Both the position numbers and the translations under genes were made by a program. Positions 19,747 to 27,358 of a stretch of DNA of 63,700 bases are shown here, piece by piece. This DNA is from a virus: IMG/VR virus record IMGVR_UViG_3300029789_000007. The stretch is one strand, 5' to 3'. The notes under the pieces were generated by a model that searched no databases, had not been told where the DNA came from, and worked only from the letters and a program-made list of their open reading frames with translations. Each line of letters begins with the position of its first letter. Within the stretch, counting starts at the first letter, position 1.

Positions 19747-21015
19747 ATGAGCGGAATAGACATTATATCAGACACAACAGGGCAAGCGATTGTTGAGAGT
19801 ATTAAAGCCCTTGGTACAAAATTAAGCGAGGGAAGAGTTATTTATGGTGTTCACATTAATGGCGCGGACAGCAACCCAAAAACAAGAGTAAGATATTTAG
19901 CAGACGCAGTAGGCATGACTCCAGCAACCATGAATTTCGCGAGCGGAACTTTTGATTATGGTTCATGGGCGAATGCCTTTTTTATGCCAAAGCCATGTAT
20001 GCTTAAAACGAATGGCCAAGTTGACTATTACCTCAACGAGAACGATTTGACTAAAAAAACAGATGGCAGTGCGTCAGATATAGCAAACATTGATTACGAT
20101 GGAAACGCGATGATTGAGTGGGGAAATGGCACAGACATTATATGGTGGAAAATTGCACCCGACAAAGGTAATCCAAACAGTGCGAGCCTTTATGTTGCTA
20201 ACTATCAAGCTGATAAAGATTTTAAAAATCTAAATTTCATCGACATTAACGGCAATGAAAAATCTCATTTTTATACACCAATTTATAATGGCTCACTTGA
20301 CAGCAACAATAAGCTACGCTCAATAAGTGGTCAAACAGTTATTAAATCGAAATCTGCTAGTCAAGAAATGACATATGCAAGAGCTAATGGCGCCGGATAT
20401 GAAATTGAGCAATATATTGACAGACTCTTGATTAATATTTTACTTATCATCATGGGAAAATCTACTGATACGCAAGATGTATTCGGACGAGGCATGAGCG
20501 AAAATGCCGGTGATAAAAACTTGCTGCTTGAGATCGGTACAATGAATGACAAAGGCTTATTTTGGGGCGAGAATGCCGGAAAAGCCGGAGTTAAAGTATT
20601 TGGTATGGAGAATTATTACGGCAATCAGTGGCGAAGAACAGTTGGACTTATCCTTGCTAATGGCATAGTGAAAGTCAAGCTGTCTCCATCAACAAAGGAT
20701 GGAAGCAAAGCAACTAACTATAACACTGATGGAGCAGGATATATCGAGATACCTAATTCAACTCCTAGTGGTACAAGTGGCGGATATATCAAAGATATGT
20801 TATACACGGCATTAGGCATGTTTCCGACATCAATTACAGGTTCATCATCGACCTATTATCCTGATGGTTGTTGGTTTAACATTGCAATTATAGCCTTTGC
20901 TCTTTTCGGTGGCTCCCTGAACAACGGCCGCCCTTGCGGCCCGTTTTGCGTGGTCTTGGACGACGTGGCTGGTCCTGCGGGGTGGAACTTCGGGGCTTCT
21001 CTTTCCTACAAATAA
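19747..21015 (+). CDS. DGR target: receptor-binding/tail fibre protein with variable C-type-lectin-fold-like C-terminus
   Basis: Carries VR in its last 40 codons (AFALFGGSLNNGRPCGPFCVVLDDVAGPAGWNFGAS); start overlaps upstream stop (TAATATG). Confidence 0.8.
   Translation: MSGIDIISDTTGQAIVESIKALGTKLSEGRVIYGVHINGADSNPKTRVRYLADAVGMTPATMNFASGTFDYGSWANAFFMPKPCMLKTNGQVDYYLNENDLTKKTDGSASDIANIDYDGNAMIEWGNGTDIIWWKIAPDKGNPNSASLYVANYQADKDFKNLNFIDINGNEKSHFYTPIYNGSLDSNNKLRSISGQTVIKSKSASQEMTYARANGAGYEIEQYIDRLLINILLIIMGKSTDTQDVFGRGMSENAGDKNLLLEIGTMNDKGLFWGENAGKAGVKVFGMENYYGNQWRRTVGLILANGIVKVKLSPSTKDGSKATNYNTDGAGYIEIPNSTPSGTSGGYIKDMLYTALGMFPTSITGSSSTYYPDGCWFNIAIIAFALFGGSLNNGRPCGPFCVVLDDVAGPAGWNFGASLSYK
20893..21000 (+). 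repeat. DGR variable repeat (VR)
   Basis: 108 bp aligned without gaps to TR; 14 differences, every one at a TR adenine. Confidence 0.9.
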
Positions 21016-21036
21016 CTTGCAACAGGGAAGAGGGAA

Positions 21037-21074
21037 TTTCTGCCTAAGCAGAAAGGGAGAAACCGCGTTTCTCC
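21037..21074 (+). promoter_or_regulatory. Two tandem hairpins just 3' of VR (candidate DGR target-recognition structure and/or terminator)
   Basis: tttctgc/ctaa/gcagaaa (21037-21054) and ggagaaac/cgc/gtttctcc (21056-21074). Confidence 0.5.
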
Positions 21075-21133
21075 TAAGAAAATTTGTAACTATAAACGTG
21101 TGTAGTTAATTTTATATAAGGGATTTAGTTTGC

Positions 21134-21241
21134 GCCTTTGCTCTTTTCGGTGGCAACCTGAACAACGGCCGCCATTGCGGCACGTTTTACGTGAACTTGA
21201 ACAACGAGGCTGGTAATGCGAGGTGGAACATCGGGGCTTCT
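21134..21241 (+). repeat. DGR template repeat (TR)
   Basis: Non-coding copy of VR with 22 adenines; would encode AFALFGGNLNNGRHCGTFYVNLNNEAGNARWNIGAS (AAY-rich). Confidence 0.9.
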
Positions 21242-21374
21242 GTGCCTATCATTCATGGGATAAAATGAATGCAGACTAAATTCCGTACCCCTTGGTAAAA
21301 ATTAACTCGATGCAAGCTACTGCTAGTAGTAGGATATGGTCGAACGTGGTAGAGAGGATAGGAAGAGAATACGT

Positions 21375-22520
21375 ATGAGAACATACAGAAATCTATATGC
21401 TGAATTTATTTCAGACGAAAATATAATACTTGCAATTAAGAATTTCTCTAAGGGTAAAAAGAGAAGAAACAAGGTTAGGAAAATTTTAGCAGACCTTGAT
21501 ACATACATACCCAAAATTAGAGAATATGCGATTAACTTCACACCTTTTGAGCATAAGCCCAAAGAAATATATGACGGAATATCACGAAAGAAACGTAAGA
21601 TAGTAATACCGACAGTTATGGAGTCAATAGTACATCACATGATAGTAAACGTGCTTAAGCCCATGTTTAACAAGGGAATGTATGAGCATAGTTATGGCTC
21701 GGTTCCTAAGCGTGGCGGTGCGTATGGCAAGAAATGTATATGCAAATGGATAAGGCAAGGCGGTAAGACCATTAAATATTGTTATAAGCTTGATGTGAAG
21801 CAATTTTACGCTAGTATTCCACAGGATAAATTAATTGAAAAGCTTAAATCTAAAATCAAAGATTTTAAATTCATGCGGATTGTTGAAAATGTTATATACT
21901 GCGTGCCGAATGGCTTACCACTTGGCTTTTATACCTCTGTATGGTTTGCTAACTGGTATTTAAGTGAGCTTGACCATGAAATCAAATCACTCGGTATCGA
22001 ACTGAAATATGCACGCTATGTTGACGATATGGCTATATTTTGTGCAAGCAAAAAGAAATTGCACCAGGTAAAAGCCGTGATTGACAACAGGCTTGCAGAA
22101 TTAGGGCTGATAGTCAAGGTGAACTGGCAGATATTTCATTTTCACTATTTGCCCCGAAATCCATATGTCGGCAAGAATGGAAAGTCAGCAACATATGGAA
22201 GAGCGCTTGATTTCATGGGATATAAATTCTATAGGAATAGAACCACCTTAAGAAAAACGATCCTTAAGAAAATAAGAGCTAAGGCAGTTAGAATATGGCA
22301 AAAAACAAAGGTTACAATATTTGACTCAAAACAAATGGTTTCTGCTCTTGCGTGGATTAAAAATTGCGATATTTACGATTATTACAGGGAACATATTAAA
22401 CCATTTATAGATTTCGGAAAACTAAAACACAAAATTTCAACAGTAGACAGAAAGGCAAGGTGTATTGAATATGACAGAATACAAGCTCGTAGAGAGTATG
22501 CAATCGGACAAGCCGCTTGA
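21375..22520 (+). CDS. DGR reverse transcriptase
   Basis: LDVKQFYASI, GLPLGFYTSVWFANWYL and YVDDMAIF RT motifs; 133 nt downstream of TR; start set at ATG 21375 (MRTYRNLYAEFISDENI). Confidence 0.9.
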   Translation: MRTYRNLYAEFISDENIILAIKNFSKGKKRRNKVRKILADLDTYIPKIREYAINFTPFEHKPKEIYDGISRKKRKIVIPTVMESIVHHMIVNVLKPMFNKGMYEHSYGSVPKRGGAYGKKCICKWIRQGGKTIKYCYKLDVKQFYASIPQDKLIEKLKSKIKDFKFMRIVENVIYCVPNGLPLGFYTSVWFANWYLSELDHEIKSLGIELKYARYVDDMAIFCASKKKLHQVKAVIDNRLAELGLIVKVNWQIFHFHYLPRNPYVGKNGKSATYGRALDFMGYKFYRNRTTLRKTILKKIRAKAVRIWQKTKVTIFDSKQMVSALAWIKNCDIYDYYREHIKPFIDFGKLKHKISTVDRKARCIEYDRIQARREYAIGQAA

Positions 22521-22770
22521 CATTGACACAACATCTTCTCCGAATATCGTTTATCAGCGAAAAAACATTAAATCGGTTGAAGCAACAGGGAGAGAGGATG
22601 ATTTTACTTACAAGCCTAAGCATTGGGAGTACGAGGAGCGAGAGCTGACACAAGATGAATACTCGCAGTATCTTATTGCTATGGAACAGGCAAAAGAGAT
22701 TAACGAGCACTCTGATGAGGAAGCGATAGACAACTACACAAGACAGTTGATGGATGAGGGGGTGCTTTAA
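22471..22770 (+). CDS. Acidic phage protein preceding XkdX
   Basis: About 99 aa, ends ...TRQLMDEGVL; overlaps the RT 3' end; typical pre-XkdX position. Confidence 0.45.
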   Translation: MTEYKLVESMQSDKPLDIDTTSSPNIVYQRKNIKSVEATGREDDFTYKPKHWEYEERELTQDEYSQYLIAMEQAKEINEHSDEEAIDNYTRQLMDEGVL

Positions 22771-22771
22771 T

Positions 22772-22906
22772 ATGAGAATATTAGTTGAAAGTCTCAAAAG
22801 ATTATACGAGAGTGACAGAGTAACCAAGGAAGAACTGCTCGACAGAGTAGCAAGCGGTAAAATAACGCAAGAGGAATATGAGTATATTACTTCACAACTA
22901 GAATAA
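22772..22906 (+). CDS. XkdX-like small protein
   Basis: Own translation MRILVESLKRLYESDRVTKEELLDRVASGKITQEEYEYITSQLE; the ...ITxEEYxxIT ending is typical for the XkdX family (below the ORF-track length cutoff). Confidence 0.55.
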   Translation: MRILVESLKRLYESDRVTKEELLDRVASGKITQEEYEYITSQLE

Positions 22907-22932
22907 AAAAAGAGGGGGCTTCCCCTCCCTCT
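22904..22932. terminator. Hairpin between convergent genes (T-run on the - strand)
   Basis: aaaaaaa agaggggg ctt cccctccctct; on the - strand the stem is followed by ttttttt. Confidence 0.55.
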
Positions 22933-22934
22933 GA

Positions 22935-23816
22935 TTATTGCCCTATAAATACTCCGACATCATCTGCGAATGGATTGAAATTGTAATCCATTTCAATACT
23001 TTGCGCGTTTGTTGGAACTTCAAACGATATATCGACATTTCCAGTTCTGCCCGGCGAAAGCTCTAAAATCGAAGAGCTGTCAGTCAAATAAAGCTTGTTT
23101 TCGACTTGCACGTTATCAGCATATCCAGTTGCATTAGTATAAGAAAAACTAAATGTTTCATCACTATTATTTACCACTTGAAAGCTAAAAGTAACATATT
23201 TATATCCGCTTTTAGGCTTTTCGTAATCATAATTCGTATTTTCATAAAAATCAGTTAAAGCTACATTTATGTTGTCTTGATAAGTTATTCCCTCTCCGAC
23301 ACGAGCTTCAATCCTTTGATAATCTTGCGAGGAATTACCCTCTGTCTCGGCTTCTATTTCACTCTCAATTTGATTATTGGACTTCTTGTCACTTTTAGCG
23401 GTATCAGTACTTGAATGGTCTACAAAAATCAATCCTAAAGCAGAAAGAACACATATCACAATAGCAACAATCGAACCTACATGGCGCCTTGGAATTTGTT
23501 CTGAACTCTTAAGAGCTAAATCAATGATAGCAAGTATCAGTGCTGTTATGATACATATTACATCGAGAAAAAGCGGCGCGCATAGTATAAGCGGTAGGCA
23601 AAAGCAAATAGCTATTGTGCTTAATACAGAATCTTTCTTTTTAAACGGCTTATCTTGTATGTATAAATTTACATAATAGCTTGAAGTTTTGCGGTCAACG
23701 AGATAGTTACTCTCGATGTGTCTACAAACCATTTCCATATTACCTTGATAATACTTATCTAAATCGCCAATATTAACATAATGATTGTTAATGCAGTATT
23801 CTCTATATCTTTTCAT
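22935..23816 (-). CDS. Membrane protein with C-terminal DUF4352-like Ig-fold domain
   Basis: Central TM helices; C-terminus GYKYVTFSFQVVNNSDETF...LSPGRTGNVDISFEVP resembles DUF4352; prophage-expressed orientation. Confidence 0.55.
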   Translation of the reverse strand: MKRYREYCINNHYVNIGDLDKYYQGNMEMVCRHIESNYLVDRKTSSYYVNLYIQDKPFKKKDSVLSTIAICFCLPLILCAPLFLDVICIITALILAIIDLALKSSEQIPRRHVGSIVAIVICVLSALGLIFVDHSSTDTAKSDKKSNNQIESEIEAETEGNSSQDYQRIEARVGEGITYQDNINVALTDFYENTNYDYEKPKSGYKYVTFSFQVVNNSDETFSFSYTNATGYADNVQVENKLYLTDSSSILELSPGRTGNVDISFEVPTNAQSIEMDYNFNPFADDVGVFIGQ

Positions 23817-24032
23817 ATAAAAAATCCCCTTTCTAGCTCTTTTATCCTATTTTATTCTTTTAGAAATCAATTGTCAATATTCGACACAATATTTATTTTT
23901 CCAATGCTAGACTAATGATGTTCTCAACCAAGAGAACTCTTCAAGTTTCGGTAGGGCGGTGGATTTTTCTGCCGTCCTTATTGACGTTTAAGAACAAATG
24001 TTCTATAATTGATGTATCGGAGGTGGCATTGT

Positions 24033-24137
24033 ATGGAATATAAGGATGAAATAATTAAAATGATTGAGGGCTTGGAAGATAAAGACCTGTTATTGTACTT
24101 GTACATATTTATTAAAGGAAAAATAGAGGCAGAGTAA
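24033..24137 (+). CDS. 34-aa ORF (MEYKDEIIKMIEGLEDKDLLLYLYIFIKGKIEAE)
   Basis: GGAGGTGG RBS 7 nt upstream; followed by a hairpin. Confidence 0.3.
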   Translation: MEYKDEIIKMIEGLEDKDLLLYLYIFIKGKIEAE

Positions 24138-24148
24138 AAACTCTGCCT
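24127..24148. terminator. Hairpin shared by convergent small genes
   Basis: aggcagag/taaaaa/ctctgcct. Confidence 0.4.
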
Positions 24149-24153
24149 TGTGG

Positions 24154-24381
24154 TTATATTTTCTTTTCCCAAACGTTACCGCACTTTGAACACACAAACT
24201 TTGTTTTGCCGTTCTTGCCTTTAATTCCGGTAGCAGTACCGACAACGGCACCGACAGGCCCGAAGAGACCACCTACTGTGTTACCAACAAGTGCTTTACC
24301 GAATGAGAATTTTTTCTTGGTATCAACAGGTATGCCAACACCATCACAACCCCACTTAGGACATTTAACAGTTTTACTCAT
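24154..24381 (-). CDS. Small split zinc-ribbon protein with Gly-rich centre
   Basis: CPKWGC...CSKCG flanking GNTVGGLFGPVGAVVGTATGIKG; co-oriented with the repressor. Confidence 0.45.
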   Translation of the reverse strand: MSKTVKCPKWGCDGVGIPVDTKKKFSFGKALVGNTVGGLFGPVGAVVGTATGIKGKNGKTKFVCSKCGNVWEKKI

Positions 24382-24402
24382 AATAAAATACCACCTTTCT
24401 TA

Positions 24403-24762
24403 TTAATTTGATTTATTTTGAGTATTTTCATACATCATATCTATTAAATTCATAATATTTTCTTGCTCTTTATCCGACAATTTAGATAATTTCAACGCAT
24501 AGTCCTTGATTCTACTATCCATGTTCGACAGAGCCAAGTCTTTTGTTGCCTCTTCAACAACTGAATGGTGCTCTTTTCCGGTAACTAAATAATCAAGTGA
24601 ACAATCAAGACATTCTGCGATTTTTACCAGCTTAAACAATTTTGGACAGCTTTTTCCTTTTTTCCAATCTGAAAAAGTACTTTTAGGGAAACCGCCATAT
24701 TTAGCCACTTCTGAATCATTTAACCCTTTTGAGTCTCTTAATTTACAATATCTTTCGTACAT
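24403..24762 (-). CDS. XRE-family HTH repressor (CI-like)
   Basis: LNDSEVAKYGGFPKSTFSDWKKGKSCPKLFKLVKIAECLDCSLDYLV HTH; divergent from the Cro-like gene. Confidence 0.8.
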   Translation of the reverse strand: MYERYCKLRDSKGLNDSEVAKYGGFPKSTFSDWKKGKSCPKLFKLVKIAECLDCSLDYLVTGKEHHSVVEEATKDLALSNMDSRIKDYALKLSKLSDKEQENIMNLIDMMYENTQNKSN

Positions 24763-24788
24763 AGAAAATCTCCTTTAAAAAAAGTTGT

Positions 24789-25347
24789 GATTTCTCAACA
24801 TTTGGGGTTGACAAATAAGACTTCCTAATGTAGAATGAAAAAGAAGTTAGGAAATCTCAACTCAATAAAAAATAAAATTGAGAAAATAATATTATGTTTC
24901 TGGACAATTCATAGTATACACGATTTTCTAATTTTTATCAAGACTTAGTTAGGATTTTTGAACTAAAAACAAAAGCTGCTAGTGTACTACCACCAACAGC
25001 CGTTGCCTTATTTTTTACACCACATACATTTTGCAGTCTTTCGACGCACTGTGTAGTACCAATGCTTCTTTAAATGTTCCGTCACTTATGCAGTTTAAGT
25101 TCAGCAGTCTAATTGCCATTAGCTGACGGATTGAGAGGAGTATCTAGCGTAGCACGGCATATTATCGGACATGCCAACCATGATTTTTTATCGAGCTTTA
25201 CTGCCCAAAATGCGCTACATCGATTGCTACATTTTAAATGCGACCTCGCAAATATGGAACAGGCAAAATCAAAATTGCTTTCAAGGCTTTTACCTCCTAG
25301 CGTATTTTGCCTAATATGACATTTTTATTGTAACGGATTTCCTAACT
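24789..25347. repeat. Operator-like repeats in the switch region
   Basis: AGTTAGGAAAT-type: 24845-24856, 24947-24957, inverted 25336-25347, partial 24820-24828. TTTCTCAA-type: near 24791 and 24853, inverted near 24878. Confidence 0.45.
24808..24836 (+). promoter_or_regulatory. Sigma-70-type promoter TTGACA-17-TAGAAT (rightward early promoter)
   Basis: ttgaca 24808-24813, 17-nt spacer, tagaat 24831-24836. Confidence 0.6.
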
Positions 25348-25371
25348 ATTGTCAAGAAAGGAGATGGGAAA

Positions 25372-25581
25372 TTGAATAAGAAAAAACGACAGGCGAGTTT
25401 TAAAAAACTTGACACGCTCATAAAAGCTAGAAACGTTTCGTTTTACAAACTGTCGGAAGAGCTTGGAATGGCACGGAGTACTTTTTCGGATTGGAAGTCA
25501 GGAAAATCAATGCCAAAAACAGACAAGCTAATTAAGATTGCTAATTATTTTGGCGTAGAAGTTTCTTATTTTATCGAGTAG
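25372..25581 (+). CDS. Cro-like XRE HTH regulator (TTG start)
   Basis: FYKLSEELGMARSTFSDWKSGKSMPKTDKLIKIANYFGVEVSYF; AAGGAG RBS. Confidence 0.75.
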   Translation: MNKKKRQASFKKLDTLIKARNVSFYKLSEELGMARSTFSDWKSGKSMPKTDKLIKIANYFGVEVSYFIE

Positions 25582-25593
25582 AAAGGAGAAAAC

Positions 25594-26313
25594 ATGAACG
25601 ATTTACAAATTTTCAATAATGAAGAGTTTGGAGAAGTCCGAATGATAGAAATTGACGGAAAGCCATATTTTGTAGCAACAGATGTAGCAACCGCACTTGG
25701 ATATACAAATCCACGCAAGGCAGTTAATGACCATTGCAAGGGAGTAACGAAACGTGACACCCCTACATCTAGTGGAGTGCAATCTATGTCATACATAAAT
25801 GAGGGAGATTTATACCGACTTATTATGAAATCAAAATTGCCTAGTGCAGAGAAATTTGAGCGGTGGGTAATGGATGAGGTACTTCCGTCAATCAGAAAAA
25901 CAGGCAGTTATGGTATGCCAAAGACAACAGGCGGTCAGATACAGCTTTTAGCACAGGGCTATACAGAATTAGAGCAGAAAGTAAACGACATAAAAGATGA
26001 TGTGAGCGAGCTTAAGGAAAACGTACCACTTTATAGTTGCGATATTGACGAGATACAACAGCACGTTAAGCGCAGAGTTGCAAATATCCTTGGTGGCAAG
26101 CAGAGCGAAGCATACAGGGATAACAGTATCAGGCATAAGACATTTTCTGACATATGGACGCAGTTAAAGCGTGAGTATGGTTGTGTATCTACTTATAAGA
26201 GTATCAAGAGGAAGTATATAGACGATGTGCATGAGTTTATTGATTGCTATGTCGCGCCTAAGTATCTTGATGAGCTTATTCAGGACGCAAACGCTCAACA
26301 GAGCTTTGCATAG
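25594..26313 (+). CDS. Antirepressor (BRO-N domain plus C-terminal ORF6C-like domain)
   Basis: FNNEEFGEVRMIEIDGKPYFVATDVATALGY...EGDLYRLIMKSKLPSAEKFERWVMDEVLPSIRKTGSY is a BRO-N signature. Confidence 0.8.
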   Translation: MNDLQIFNNEEFGEVRMIEIDGKPYFVATDVATALGYTNPRKAVNDHCKGVTKRDTPTSSGVQSMSYINEGDLYRLIMKSKLPSAEKFERWVMDEVLPSIRKTGSYGMPKTTGGQIQLLAQGYTELEQKVNDIKDDVSELKENVPLYSCDIDEIQQHVKRRVANILGGKQSEAYRDNSIRHKTFSDIWTQLKREYGCVSTYKSIKRKYIDDVHEFIDCYVAPKYLDELIQDANAQQSFA

Positions 26314-26325
26314 TGAGGTGATTGT

Positions 26326-26604
26326 ATGAGAAAAAGAACTTTAAAAGAGAAGTTTTGCACCGGCTGCGGCTATTCGATTTTCGGAGCATTGGCATTTGCG
26401 TTTTTCCTTGGATTATCGGTGGCATACGGAATTAAGACAGCGAGTATTATCGTTGGAGCAATCGTAACAGTATTTTGGCTGATACTGATTGCAATATGTC
26501 TCATAGAGGAGGGCGAACCGCATGAGAAGAAAAAGGATATTGATGTTATCGACTTTAATAATTGGAACTATGACCTTAAAGCCAATAGCAACGAAAGCAG
26601 ATAG
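26326..26604 (+). CDS. Small membrane protein
   Basis: Two hydrophobic helices (GALAFAFFLGLSVAYGI, IIVGAIVTVFWLILIAICLI). Confidence 0.45.
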   Translation: MRKRTLKEKFCTGCGYSIFGALAFAFFLGLSVAYGIKTASIIVGAIVTVFWLILIAICLIEEGEPHEKKKDIDVIDFNNWNYDLKANSNESR

Positions 26605-27022
26605 TAAAGTTGAGCTGACAGCCGGTGTTACTTCCTATTTAAATGATGTAATGCTAGGAAAGATTGAGCCGACAGTAGTTCAGAATGAGCCGGTTGTAGT
26701 TGAGCAGACCTATGTAGAGCCGACAGTTCCAACTTGCCGTAAGAAATACAGTTGTAGCCGGTTTAAGAAGCTAGGGCGAGTCAGATATGGCAATTACACT
26801 TATACGTGGTACTCACAGAGAGTGTTACCTGGAGGCGGTCTAAATATTCCGGGTAGACATCTGAATGAGCACGGATTAGTAGTTGATGAAAACGAGTACG
26901 TTGTGATTGCAAGTGATGATTTACCACACGGAACTGTAGTTGATACTCCAATAGGCATACAAGGGATTGTATATGACGAGGGAAGTGGAAATGGAAATCT
27001 TGACATCTACTGCGATTGGTAG
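26522..27022 (+). CDS. Secreted 3D-domain-like (RlpA/DPBB-type) cell-wall protein
   Basis: Signal-like MRRKRILMLSTLIIGTMTLKPIATKA; C-terminus VIASDDLPHGTVVDTPIGIQGIVYDEGSGNGNLDIY; GGAGGG RBS. Confidence 0.45.
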   Translation: MRRKRILMLSTLIIGTMTLKPIATKADSKVELTAGVTSYLNDVMLGKIEPTVVQNEPVVVEQTYVEPTVPTCRKKYSCSRFKKLGRVRYGNYTYTWYSQRVLPGGGLNIPGRHLNEHGLVVDENEYVVIASDDLPHGTVVDTPIGIQGIVYDEGSGNGNLDIYCDW

Positions 27023-27164
27023 TCAATTGAAACGTCAGAGTGCTAACGATTACCTACAAGAACTATATCGAGCTAAACGGCACAAGGACAAATCGTTTGA
27101 CTTTCAAGCGTTACTAGATAAAGAAATGGAGAAACTGAATGAGCGACAATGTAAGAAGGATTAG
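26991..27164 (+). CDS. Hypothetical small protein
   Basis: ORF track; start uncertain. Confidence 0.3.
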   Translation: MEILTSTAIGSQLKRQSANDYLQELYRAKRHKDKSFDFQALLDKEMEKLNERQCKKD

Positions 27165-27342
27165 ACTAGGCGATACACGATACAGATTGAAGCCATTAAC
27201 AAGAGAGCAGAAGCTATTGCTCAACAAAGCTCATTACGTGGCGAGCGAGTGGCTTTTTGTATCGGAGTCGGATTCATACTTAAGAGTAGTTAAAAAATCG
27301 AGCCTACACGGAAATTTGATTCTAAAAACCATAAACAAATAG
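27139..27342 (+). CDS. Hypothetical small protein
   Basis: ORF track, co-oriented in the early operon. Confidence 0.4.
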   Translation: MSDNVRRIRLGDTRYRLKPLTREQKLLLNKAHYVASEWLFVSESDSYLRVVKKSSLHGNLILKTINK

Positions 27343-27358
27343 AAAGAGAGGAAATGCA

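Larger units (their letters stand above)
20893..22520 (+). mobile_element. Diversity-generating retroelement cassette (VR - TR - RT)
   Basis: See the VR, TR and RT features; adenine-only VR/TR mismatches. Confidence 0.9.

Noticed and set aside
22471-22770. Candidate Avd accessory protein for the DGR
   Set aside because: It lies downstream of the RT rather than between VR and TR. It is strongly acidic rather than basic, and it belongs to the conserved pre-XkdX fibre context. Nothing in the sequence resembles the Avd four-helix bundle.
25113-25319. 68-aa + strand ORF in the switch leader
   Set aside because: It has no RBS and a biased, implausible sequence (TTG-type start). It sits in a region better explained as leader or regulatory RNA.
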